Shown piece by piece: positions 10,301 through 17,202 of a stretch of 34,385 bases of DNA. The DNA lies in the NCBI GenBank assembly GCA_964394125.1, contig CAYMVN010000004.1, positions 1-34,385 on the forward strand, given 5' to 3'. Each line of letters starts with the position of its first letter. The first letter of the stretch is position 1. Both the position numbers and the translations under genes were made by a program. The DNA comes from an uncultured Pseudomonadales bacterium. Its GTDB lineage: Bacteria > Patescibacteriota > Microgenomatia > UBA1400 > PJMF01. The notes under the pieces are model-generated. The model saw nothing but the letters and a program-made list of their open reading frames with translations, was not told the origin of the DNA and did no database searches.

Positions 10301-13300
10301 AAGCTTTAACTCTGCAAGTGAAGCATTTACGTGTACCATTTCAAGCGCTTTAAGTAACGGAAGTCACACTATCTACATTCGGGCAACAGATAATGACAGC
10401 AATGTAACGCCAAATGCCGAAGCAGCCACAGATTCGTTCACAGTTGATATCACAGCTCCAGTTATCTCACTGACTGCATACACTCCAGACCCCAGTAGTG
10501 ACGCATCACCAACCCTTTCAGGAACAGTAACTGATGCAGCAAGTAACGTGCAGTTGGTGCAGTATCAAATCAACGGGACAAGTGGCACGTGGCATGACTG
10601 CGGTGCCACTGATGGTACATTCTCGAGCAGTACTGAGAGCTTTAGTTGTACTGTTTCTCCAGATTTGAGTGATGGTAACTACAGTGTGTATGTTCGCGGA
10701 ATAGACTCACTGACTAACACCGGTTCTGGTGGAGCACTCGCTTCAGATAACTTTACGATAGATATCACCCCACCGACTATTCCCGGTACTCCAAGTGCAA
10801 CGACAGGGGCAACTGATAACACACCCACTTGGCAGTGGGCACGATCTACTGACGTATCAGCAGGTTTATCTGCAACGAATGCATACACGCTTGAGTGGTC
10901 AAGATCAAACACCTTTAGTTCCGGTGTTTCAACTACACAGGTGGGTACTAATAACTGTTCAGAAGCCACCTGTACCTTTACGCACTCAGCCACACTTATT
11001 GATGGCACCTGGTACATACGAATCAAGGCGACAGACTTAGTAGGCAATGTTTCGAGCTACTCTACAAATGGAGTGCTGCTCGTAGATGCAACCAACCCAA
11101 CGATATCACTCACAGCAATTTCTCCAGACCCTGGTACAGAAACACATCCCACACTTTCTGGAACTGCCACTGACAGTACCAGCACTATTGCCAGTGTGCA
11201 GTATCAAGTTGACAGTACCAGCGGTACATGGAGTAGTTGTACTGCAACTGATGGTTCATTTAACGGACAAAGCGAAGCATTCACCTGCACGATCGCAACA
11301 GCACTCACAGGAGGTACACACACAATTTATACTCGTGCGACCGACTCTTCAGGAAACATAACGAGCAACCTACTGGCGTATCGCGATACCTATAGTGTTG
11401 ATATCGCCGCGCCAAGCATGAGCATCACTCCACTGAGCCCCAACCCCACGAATGACACCACACCCACTTTTTCAGGAACAGCGACAGATGATACTGCACA
11501 GGTGAGTGCAGTACAGTATCAAGTTGATGGGACAGGCAGTACTTGGAGGAGTTGCGCTGCAACAGACGGCACTTTTGATGAGCAAAGTGAGGCATTTACC
11601 TGTACTACAACTGCACAAATAAATGGAGTACACACACTGTATGTTCGCTCTACTGATTCTGCTGGTAACACAACTATCAATGCATCAGCAGTAACAGCAT
11701 CGTTTACCATTGACACTGTTGCGCCACAGATTACCGTCACACCACTTACCCCAGACCCAACGAGCGACACAACGCCATCGTTAACAGGGACTGTTTCTGA
11801 CACCTATAGTTCTGTTGCAACAGTCCAGTATCAAGTAAATGCGACGGGTGGTAGTTGGTCTAACTGTACTGCAGATGATGGTACTTTCGATGAGCAAAGT
11901 GAATCGTTTACGTGTACCGTGAGCTCTGCACAAACTGATGGAACCTACACACTCTATCTTCGCGCCAGCGATGCACTTGGTTCAACAACTGCAAACGGGG
12001 CGTACAGTAGTGACACCTTCATTATTGACACGAGTACCGCCAGCATTTCACTCAATAGCTACACTCCAAACCCCACGACAACACAAACACCTACAATGAG
12101 CGGTAGTGTCACTGATGCAGTTTCGCTTATTACTTCTGTAGAGTTCCAAGTAGATAGTGTTGCCGGTAGCTGGTCGAGCTGTACTGCAGACGATGGCACT
12201 TTCGATGAGCAAAGTGAGACATTTACGTGTACAGTAAGCACAACACTTTCTGATGGAGCTCACTCGCTATACGTTCGGGCCACAAACGATGCACTCATTA
12301 CGACTGCGAATGGCTCGGCGCCACACATCTCGATTACTGTTGATACTTCCGCACCAGCCGTGACTCTTACACCGATCTCACCAGATCCAACCAGTGATAC
12401 TACACCGACACTCACCGGTACAGCGACTGATGCATACGCGAGTATCACTGCGGTACAGTATCAAGCAGACTCAGTATCAGGAACTTGGCATGCTTGCACT
12501 GCTACAGATGCTGCATTTAATGAACTGACAGAAAACTTCACCTGCACTGTTAGCACTGCGCTTTCTGATGGGGCACACACACTCTACATCAAAACGACGG
12601 ACTCGCTTGGAAACACCACAACCAGCAGCTTTACTTCAGATGCATTTACTGTTTCTACCGGCACACCTGCTATTACTGTTACGCCACTCTCACCAGATCC
12701 TTCTAGTGATACAACACCGAGTGTAACTATCTCTGCAACTTCACAGTACTCAACCGTCGCAGCACTGGAATATCAAGTTGATGTCATAACTGGCAGCTGG
12801 AATACCTGCATAGCGAACGATGGAACATTTGATGAAGCAAGTGAAACTGCAACCTGTACTGTAGCAGCCGCCTTGTCTCAAGGCGCACACACCATGTACT
12901 TTAGAGCGACCAATGGTATCGGCTCAATAACCCCGAGTAATAGTCTTGCTAGTGATGTCTTCACCATAGATACGAGCGCCCCGCTCTTAACACTAAATGC
13001 ACTTGCACCCGACCCGAATGGTGACACAACACCGACCTTGAGTGGAACAGCGAGTGATTTATATGGCATTGTGGCAAACGTCAGTTATCAGGTTGATAGT
13101 ACTGCGGGGGCTTGGCTCACTTGTGCACCGAATGATAGTAGCTTTAATAGTTCTTCAGAACAGTATAACTGTACTACAGATGTGTTAAGTTATGGCACGC
13201 ATACAATCTACGTACGTGCGACAGATGGTTTAGGAAACACCACTGCAAGTGGTTCATACCGGAGTGATGTTTTTACCTTAAACTCTACGGCACCGGTTAC

Positions 13301-14762
13301 TGCCACGAGCCCAACGGGAAGTATTGCCATTCAGATTGAAGGAAACACAAACCCAACGTACACGACCAGCAGAAGTGTAACCCTTACAGTATCCGCTTTC
13401 GATACGGAAAGTGCCACATCACTGCTCAGCATGAGGATCTCAGAAAATAATTCATTTACGGGTAGCAGTTGGGAGAGTTTCACGACGGAAAAATCCTTCA
13501 CTTTGTCTGAGGGGGATGGCACAAAAAGAGTATACGTACAGCTCAAAGACCCAGACGAGTTAAGTTCTGAAACGTACTCTGATTCAGTTATCTTTGACCA
13601 AACTGCACCGACAGGCATCGAGCTACTGCAGCCTGCTGCAGACTCCGCGACATCACAAAAGAACCCGCTCTTCCAGTTCAAAAAAGCTACCGATCTTGTC
13701 TCAGGAGTTGCTTCATACAAAGTGTTTGTAGATGACAGAAGTGTGTTCGGCGACATTCCACCAACACCACCGGCGGGAACAAGTGAGATACGGACTGACT
13801 CGCTGCTTATTACCTATGATGACACAACTATTTCAGTTAAATCTCTGCAGGCTGCCAGTGAGCTCAGTGTCGGTGCACATACTTGGTACGTGCGGGTTGC
13901 TGATGCAGCAGGGAACTCTCGCTCCACAGCTACTCGAACTGTCACGGTAGATCTAACTGTGCCGCTCTTTGAAGTACGAAGTATTGGTGGCGATTCACAG
14001 ACTATTACTCCAACAACCCCCGCAGGAAAGATCTTTACAACCACCCAACAGAAGCCGACATTCACAGGAATTGCTGAATCTGGAAGTCACGTTGTCGTTT
14101 CAAGTGAGAGTGGGCAGCTGTGCGAGACAACTGCTGCTGCTGATGGGAGCTGGTCCTGCAGCGCAACCACACCTCTGACAGCCACACGGCACACACTCAC
14201 ACTGACTGCTTCAGATTCTGCAGGCAACACGGTTGAACTTCCAACGGTCTATGTATTCGTTGGTTATGGTACGCTCGATTTAAGCACTTCACTCACAAAA
14301 AGTGGTGACAAGATTATTAGTAAAGAACTAGCAAAACATGTTTCTGAAACTGATACTGCTGCGGAGCACGTTACTGAGCTGACTGAAACGAGTGGCAGGT
14401 CATACGATGTAAAAGTAGTCGTCAAAGATACAAATGGAAATCCAATTGAGGGTGCAAAAGTAACGCTGTTTTCAACCCCAAGAGAAGGTATCTCAGATGC
14501 TCGCGGAGAAGTACTCTTTGCATCAGTTGAAGAAGGGGAACACACCGTTGTTATTGATTACAACAACTCTGTTGGTAAGAGAGGAGTAACTATTGAGGGC
14601 GAGTCAAAGACCATCGAGGTTGCAGTGGTTGTTACAGAGCGACATGCCTTCTTTAACCCATGGGTCATAACACTGACAACGATTCTCGTTCTAACCTGCC
14701 TGTGTCTTACCTGGCTCTTACTGAGAAATAGAGTATTGAATAGATCAAAAAAAGTAGCATGA
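7395..14762 (+). CDS. Giant (about 2450 aa) secreted, membrane-anchored surface protein with a G/T/S-rich beta-helix-like N-region, a LamG (concanavalin-like) domain, tandem Ig-like domains, a CarboxypepD_reg-like domain and a C-terminal TM anchor
   Basis: Uninterrupted 7.4-kb ORF. Domain evidence:
- Signal-peptide-like N-terminus (FLLVCFFVVTATLFALLTPHTSHAATVTW).
- LamG signature at about 9007-9665 (LVGHWKMEAGSGS...LAFDGSGDYL...FSAWIK...WYHVV...IYLNGV...FDGLLDEVRVYNKALSATEV).
- Nine repeats of about 104 aa.
- YDVKVVVKDTNGNPIEGAKVTLFS, which is CarboxypepD_reg-like.
- Terminal hydrophobic helix followed by RNRVLNRSKKVA.
The start codon is uncertain because there is no in-frame ATG. The TTG at 7395 or the GTG at 7431 are candidates. 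Confidence 0.85.
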   Translation: MLFPQENCILISVIFTAKNCTGRHFLHQFLLVCFFVVTATLFALLTPHTSHAATVTWTGLGSDATCGGNAGDGNKWSCGANWSTSAVPAAADAVIFDATSTKAVSIAANISVTSIAINTGYTGTITQSAGVTITLSSTNANTAFSQAAGTFVGSSGTMTLSTGGFTLSGGSFTAPSGTLQIGRNFTVTAGTFLHNSGTVTFMYGTQSAVLSCGTATFNLVNFSKGISTSITVASDCIIPLAGTNPTSVGDIVNNGNISVTGNWSITGDYTSNAGAVLTMTGTTFTAESISLTGGTFPSGVTTLFANVSYADTGSVLHNGADLTLTQTVNGSLNCGTATFNSVTIQKSTGSTVTPTGSCTTNDFNLLTGTLANAASPYTFSIAGNLTINVSSASQNFGGANVLVVFNGSGNQYIIQNYGAFNSPFTVSKAAGKLSLHTDFYTASGQTCTVSQGTFALAGYDFVCGSTFSLASGTTLEAHGYEYFTVPAQSTGATISYIGRPDSIVQSFALRGLSYKNVTLNLSDATDIFDSRNILGTGLVGHWKMEAGSGSVDDSSVNSNLATLNGNASYSTDVPTLADESNTHSLAFDGSGDYLNMGGNLDTTQNTRGITFSAWIKKNTNASQDQIIGYSTNASNNISRAYLLTNAATLDCGARAADSETTQSKFTGSVLTTGVWYHVVCVIDYPNDKIAIYLNGVPQTATGVVSFTQDFTDNTTSLTSAIGIDEDKIGNDFDGLLDEVRVYNKALSATEVAALGTGYASSALTSPLSIAGNFTLTTGVLYPPAALSVAGNWTNTGTFNHNSGTVTLDGSNQSIFGETPFYNFTKQTSTADTLSFQATKVQTILGTLTLNGAASNVLSIFSNSNGTQWKIDPQGSRSISYLNVKDSNNISVTPIAVNGLNITDSGNNTNWSFSSGVPAISVTPLSPDPTASTTPSISGTVTDDTGTVALVEFQMDGTAGAWTACVAQDGSFNSASEAFTCTISSALSNGSHTIYIRATDNDSNVTPNAEAATDSFTVDITAPVISLTAYTPDPSSDASPTLSGTVTDAASNVQLVQYQINGTSGTWHDCGATDGTFSSSTESFSCTVSPDLSDGNYSVYVRGIDSLTNTGSGGALASDNFTIDITPPTIPGTPSATTGATDNTPTWQWARSTDVSAGLSATNAYTLEWSRSNTFSSGVSTTQVGTNNCSEATCTFTHSATLIDGTWYIRIKATDLVGNVSSYSTNGVLLVDATNPTISLTAISPDPGTETHPTLSGTATDSTSTIASVQYQVDSTSGTWSSCTATDGSFNGQSEAFTCTIATALTGGTHTIYTRATDSSGNITSNLLAYRDTYSVDIAAPSMSITPLSPNPTNDTTPTFSGTATDDTAQVSAVQYQVDGTGSTWRSCAATDGTFDEQSEAFTCTTTAQINGVHTLYVRSTDSAGNTTINASAVTASFTIDTVAPQITVTPLTPDPTSDTTPSLTGTVSDTYSSVATVQYQVNATGGSWSNCTADDGTFDEQSESFTCTVSSAQTDGTYTLYLRASDALGSTTANGAYSSDTFIIDTSTASISLNSYTPNPTTTQTPTMSGSVTDAVSLITSVEFQVDSVAGSWSSCTADDGTFDEQSETFTCTVSTTLSDGAHSLYVRATNDALITTANGSAPHISITVDTSAPAVTLTPISPDPTSDTTPTLTGTATDAYASITAVQYQADSVSGTWHACTATDAAFNELTENFTCTVSTALSDGAHTLYIKTTDSLGNTTTSSFTSDAFTVSTGTPAITVTPLSPDPSSDTTPSVTISATSQYSTVAALEYQVDVITGSWNTCIANDGTFDEASETATCTVAAALSQGAHTMYFRATNGIGSITPSNSLASDVFTIDTSAPLLTLNALAPDPNGDTTPTLSGTASDLYGIVANVSYQVDSTAGAWLTCAPNDSSFNSSSEQYNCTTDVLSYGTHTIYVRATDGLGNTTASGSYRSDVFTLNSTAPVTATSPTGSIAIQIEGNTNPTYTTSRSVTLTVSAFDTESATSLLSMRISENNSFTGSSWESFTTEKSFTLSEGDGTKRVYVQLKDPDELSSETYSDSVIFDQTAPTGIELLQPAADSATSQKNPLFQFKKATDLVSGVASYKVFVDDRSVFGDIPPTPPAGTSEIRTDSLLITYDDTTISVKSLQAASELSVGAHTWYVRVADAAGNSRSTATRTVTVDLTVPLFEVRSIGGDSQTITPTTPAGKIFTTTQQKPTFTGIAESGSHVVVSSESGQLCETTAAADGSWSCSATTPLTATRHTLTLTASDSAGNTVELPTVYVFVGYGTLDLSTSLTKSGDKIISKELAKHVSETDTAAEHVTELTETSGRSYDVKVVVKDTNGNPIEGAKVTLFSTPREGISDARGEVLFASVEEGEHTVVIDYNNSVGKRGVTIEGESKTIEVAVVVTERHAFFNPWVITLTTILVLTCLCLTWLLLRNRVLNRSKKVA
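10143..13290 (+). repeat. Nine tandem coding repeats of 312-315 bp (Ig-like modules), interrupted after copy 2 by one divergent module of about 326 bp
   Basis: Repeat starts lie near 10143, 10455, 11093, 11408, 11720, 12035, 12350, 12662 and 12977. Consensus: (A)PxI(S/T)xTPxxPDPTxDTTPTLSGTxTD...VQYQVD...G(S/T)W..C.A.DG(T/S)F(D/N)E.SE.F.C.V...L.DG.H.LY.RA.D..GNTT. One conserved DNA block, ttcgatgagcaaagtga, recurs at 312-bp spacing (about 11878 and 12190). Confidence 0.85.
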
Positions 14763-14880
14763 GTATATGAAATATATGTTGGTACTTATAGGTGTACTGT
14801 TACTCTTTTCAGGAGCTTGATTCGTATTTTCATGGCGGCTGCTCTACACAGAGCTGCACAGACATGCAGAAAATCCTCGG

Positions 14881-15639
14881 GTGACTTTTGATGGCGCGTT
14901 GCCGAATACTCGTTTCACACAGACACAAGACAACATTCAGATTGCCTATACCTACTTTCCTATTGAAAAGTCACAAGGTGTGGTTCTGTTAGTTCACGGG
15001 TATGACAACCCAGGAGGAAAAACACAAATGTATGGGCATGTTGGCTACTTACACCAGCTGGGTTACTCAGTTGCTGCGCTTGATCTGCGCGCCTTTGGAG
15101 AGAGCAGTGGGCAAAAAACCACACTTGGTATTACAGAGTGGCAAGACGTGGTAACAGTCTTTGACGAGCTCAAAAAGCTGCCAGAGAATGGTAATAAACC
15201 AATCGGATTTCTCGGTGTTTCTATGGGCGCTGTGACGTCACTTATCACCGCCAGCGAGACACAGAAAGGTGACTTCGTTATTGCCGCGGTACCTTATGCA
15301 TCACTTGACTCACTGTTATACTCGCAGCTGATAGCTAGAAAGTATCCAGCACCGCTATTCTTTCCCTTTGTCCGCTTAGCAAGTTATCTTGAGCTTGGCA
15401 CCAGGGAGGATAGATACTCTGCAGAACAGGCAGTGACAAAGATCTCCGTGCCATTACTTATTATAGGAGCTACACAAGACAGAGTTGTACCACCAGGAGA
15501 TGCAGATACCATCTATGCTCGTGCCACAAGCCACACAAAAACACTCGTACATATCGAGAGTAACCACGACACGTTCTACTACAAACCTGATGAATTTAAG
15601 CACGCTGTGAAAGTTTTTTTAGAAGCTGTTCAGAAGTAA
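14881..15639 (+). CDS. Alpha/beta-fold hydrolase (serine hydrolase)
   Basis: Nucleophile elbow GVSMGA, HGYDNPGG near the oxyanion region, and C-terminal IGATQDRVVP plus ESNHD, which fit the acid and His of the triad. The GTG start at 14881 is weak. See the finding on an in-frame TGA upstream. Confidence 0.75.
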   Translation: MTFDGALPNTRFTQTQDNIQIAYTYFPIEKSQGVVLLVHGYDNPGGKTQMYGHVGYLHQLGYSVAALDLRAFGESSGQKTTLGITEWQDVVTVFDELKKLPENGNKPIGFLGVSMGAVTSLITASETQKGDFVIAAVPYASLDSLLYSQLIARKYPAPLFFPFVRLASYLELGTREDRYSAEQAVTKISVPLLIIGATQDRVVPPGDADTIYARATSHTKTLVHIESNHDTFYYKPDEFKHAVKVFLEAVQK

Positions 15640-15643
15640 AGTG

Positions 15644-15715
15644 AGCGGGTAAAGGGAGTCGAACCCTTGTCACCAGTTTGGAAAACTGGAGCTCTAACCG
15701 TTGAGCTACACCCGC
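15644..15715 (-). tRNA. tRNA-Gly (anticodon TCC)
   Basis: Reverse complement: GCGGGTG..TACCCGC acceptor stem, anticodon stem-loop CCAGT-TTTCCAA-ACTGG, T-arm AAGGG-TTCGACT-CCCTT, discriminator T. Confidence 0.9.
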
Positions 15716-15730
15716 ACTCGTACTGCTATT

Positions 15731-16918
15731 TTACCGCTTTTGTGCGTTTCCTGCAAACGTCCAATTGAAGGCAACTCCTGTTAAAACCAGACTGACAACA
15801 AAAAGAGATGAACTCAAGAGGAAAACTCCGGGAATCGTCACTTCTGAAACTGCACCAGCCATCAGCGGCCCTAAGATCTGCCCGAGAGACATGTACGACT
15901 GATTTATACCCAGTATCTCACCTTGATCTTCTTGTGGTGCGTTCTCAGAAAGTAAGCCAGAGAGTAGTGGCATAAGAGGAGCGACAACTATCAGATACAG
16001 AATTGAAGTTATCATGTGAGTGCCAAACGTTCTTGCCCAGAAAAGCGCTGCCATACTGATGGCACCAGCAAGGGTACTATAAAAAACAACTTTTGGTTTA
16101 TTAGGGAAGAACTTCAGTAACTTTCCAACACCAAAGCCTTGCATAATAATGCTGACTATTCCAATGACAGTAAAGTAGAGTCCTAAGTCTCTTGAACTGA
16201 GATGAAAAAGATCATTGGTGATTGACTGCGCACCAATAATGAATGCATTACCAGCTGTAGAGATAACAAAGTTAATGACAAAAAGGATACCTACTATTGG
16301 CATGTACAGTGCATGCAGCATCTCCTTAAAGTTGAAAAGAGACTCTCTTGTGTGCACTTTTCGTTGCGAAAGTGGCAAGCTCTCTTCTAAAAAGAAGTAA
16401 CCAAAAATACTTGCGAAGATCGCTAAACCTGCAGAAAAGAAGAATGGCAGTGCCAAACTATACTGACTCAGTAAGCCACCGATCGCTGGGCCAATTAAGA
16501 ATCCGAAACCAAATGAAGCACCGAGTAAGCCAAATGCTTTCGCTCGTTCTGGTCCTTTGACGGTATCTGCAATAACAGCCTGTGCAACAGACATGTTGCC
16601 ACCAGTTATTCCGTCAATAATTCGTGCTACAAAAAGCTGCCAAATAGTCTGGGCAAGTGCAAACATAATAAGTGAAATGCCCGTACCTAAAATGCTAAAA
16701 ATAAGCAGTGGACGTCTCCCGTACACATCTGAAAGTCTGCCAATAATAGGCGTAAAGATAAACTGAAAGAGTGAGAATGAGGCAAAAAGTAGGCTTAGAC
16801 CGCCACGAGACAAGCCAAATGTCTTTGCATATGGGTAGAGCAGCGGAATAATAACTCCATACGCAAGTGCATTCACCAGCATGAGAATCGATAGAAATAT
16901 CAGTGTTTTGTTTTTCAT
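15731..16918 (-). CDS. MFS transporter (12-TM, drug/H+ antiporter-like)
   Basis: Highly hydrophobic 395-aa ORF with MFS motif A (GRLSDVYGRRPLL) between TM2 and TM3, and a motif C-like sequence (GPAIGGLL). Confidence 0.85.
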   Translation of the reverse strand: MKNKTLIFLSILMLVNALAYGVIIPLLYPYAKTFGLSRGGLSLLFASFSLFQFIFTPIIGRLSDVYGRRPLLIFSILGTGISLIMFALAQTIWQLFVARIIDGITGGNMSVAQAVIADTVKGPERAKAFGLLGASFGFGFLIGPAIGGLLSQYSLALPFFFSAGLAIFASIFGYFFLEESLPLSQRKVHTRESLFNFKEMLHALYMPIVGILFVINFVISTAGNAFIIGAQSITNDLFHLSSRDLGLYFTVIGIVSIIMQGFGVGKLLKFFPNKPKVVFYSTLAGAISMAALFWARTFGTHMITSILYLIVVAPLMPLLSGLLSENAPQEDQGEILGINQSYMSLGQILGPLMAGAVSEVTIPGVFLLSSSLFVVSLVLTGVAFNWTFAGNAQKR

Positions 16919-16986
16919 TAAGTAGTGCCTTCGACGGTTTATAACGAAGTAGTAATTATATACTATTCTCGTAAGAAAGTGTGCAG

Positions 16987-16992
16987 TATAAT
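16987..16992 (+). promoter_or_regulatory. Candidate -10 box (TATAAT) for tRNA-Leu
   Basis: Exact TATAAT 22 nt upstream of the tRNA-Leu 5' end. No convincing -35 element. Confidence 0.25.
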
Positions 16993-17013
16993 AGACCCGT
17001 CTTTACAGACTGT

Positions 17014-17097
17014 GCCTCGATGGCGGAATTGGTAGACGCGTCAGACTTAAAATCTGATGGCCTCGCGGCTGTGTGGGTTCGATTCCCTCTCGAGGCA
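17014..17097 (+). tRNA. tRNA-Leu (anticodon TAA), class II with a long variable arm
   Basis: GCCTCGA..TCGAGGC acceptor stem, discriminator A, anticodon stem-loop TCAGA-CTTAAAA-TCTGA, long variable arm (GGCCTCGCGGCT), T-loop TTCGATT. The T-stem has one mismatch. Confidence 0.85.
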
Positions 17098-17105
17098 CAA
17101 AAGCA

Positions 17106-17114
17106 TGCTATAAT
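17106..17114 (+). promoter_or_regulatory. Candidate extended -10 promoter (TGcTATAAT) for tRNA-Pro
   Basis: TGCTATAAT lies 15 nt upstream of the tRNA-Pro 5' end, in the 31-nt spacer between the two tRNAs. Confidence 0.3.
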
Positions 17115-17128
17115 CTTGAAAGACAATT

Positions 17129-17202
17129 CGGGGAGTAGTTCAGTTGGCTAGAATGCGCGCTTTGGGAGCGTGAGGTCGCAGGTTCGAGTCCTGTCTCCCC
17201 GA
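17129..17202 (+). tRNA. tRNA-Pro (anticodon TGG)
   Basis: CGGGGAG..CTCCCCG acceptor stem, anticodon stem-loop CGCGC-TTTGGGA-GCGTG, T-arm GCAGG-TTCGAGT-CCTGT, discriminator A. The AT-rich insertion starts immediately after it. Confidence 0.9.

Noticed and set aside
10143-13290. The 312-bp periodicity as a CRISPR-like or non-coding satellite array.
   Set aside because: The period is a multiple of 3 and lies in one open frame. The copies have diverged at the DNA level but are conserved at the protein level. There is no short repeat/spacer organisation and there are no cas genes.
7535-14545. Many 60-214-aa ORFs in the track lie antisense to, or out of frame within, the giant surface-protein gene (for example 7535-8179, 10679-11047, 11519-11803 and 13331-13756).
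   Set aside because: All lie wholly inside one uninterrupted 7.4-kb ORF with coherent domain structure. Their translations are low-complexity mirrors of the T/S/G/A-rich sense frame and have no start context. They are shadow ORFs.
14818-14820. The possibility that the organism reads TGA as a sense codon (code 4 or 25), which would explain the in-frame TGA upstream of the hydrolase.
   Set aside because: TGA ends several genes at the expected protein lengths (1267-1269, 14760-14762 and 29140-29142). Reading through them would run into antisense or overlapping genes. The standard code is much more likely, and the single TGA is treated as a local anomaly.
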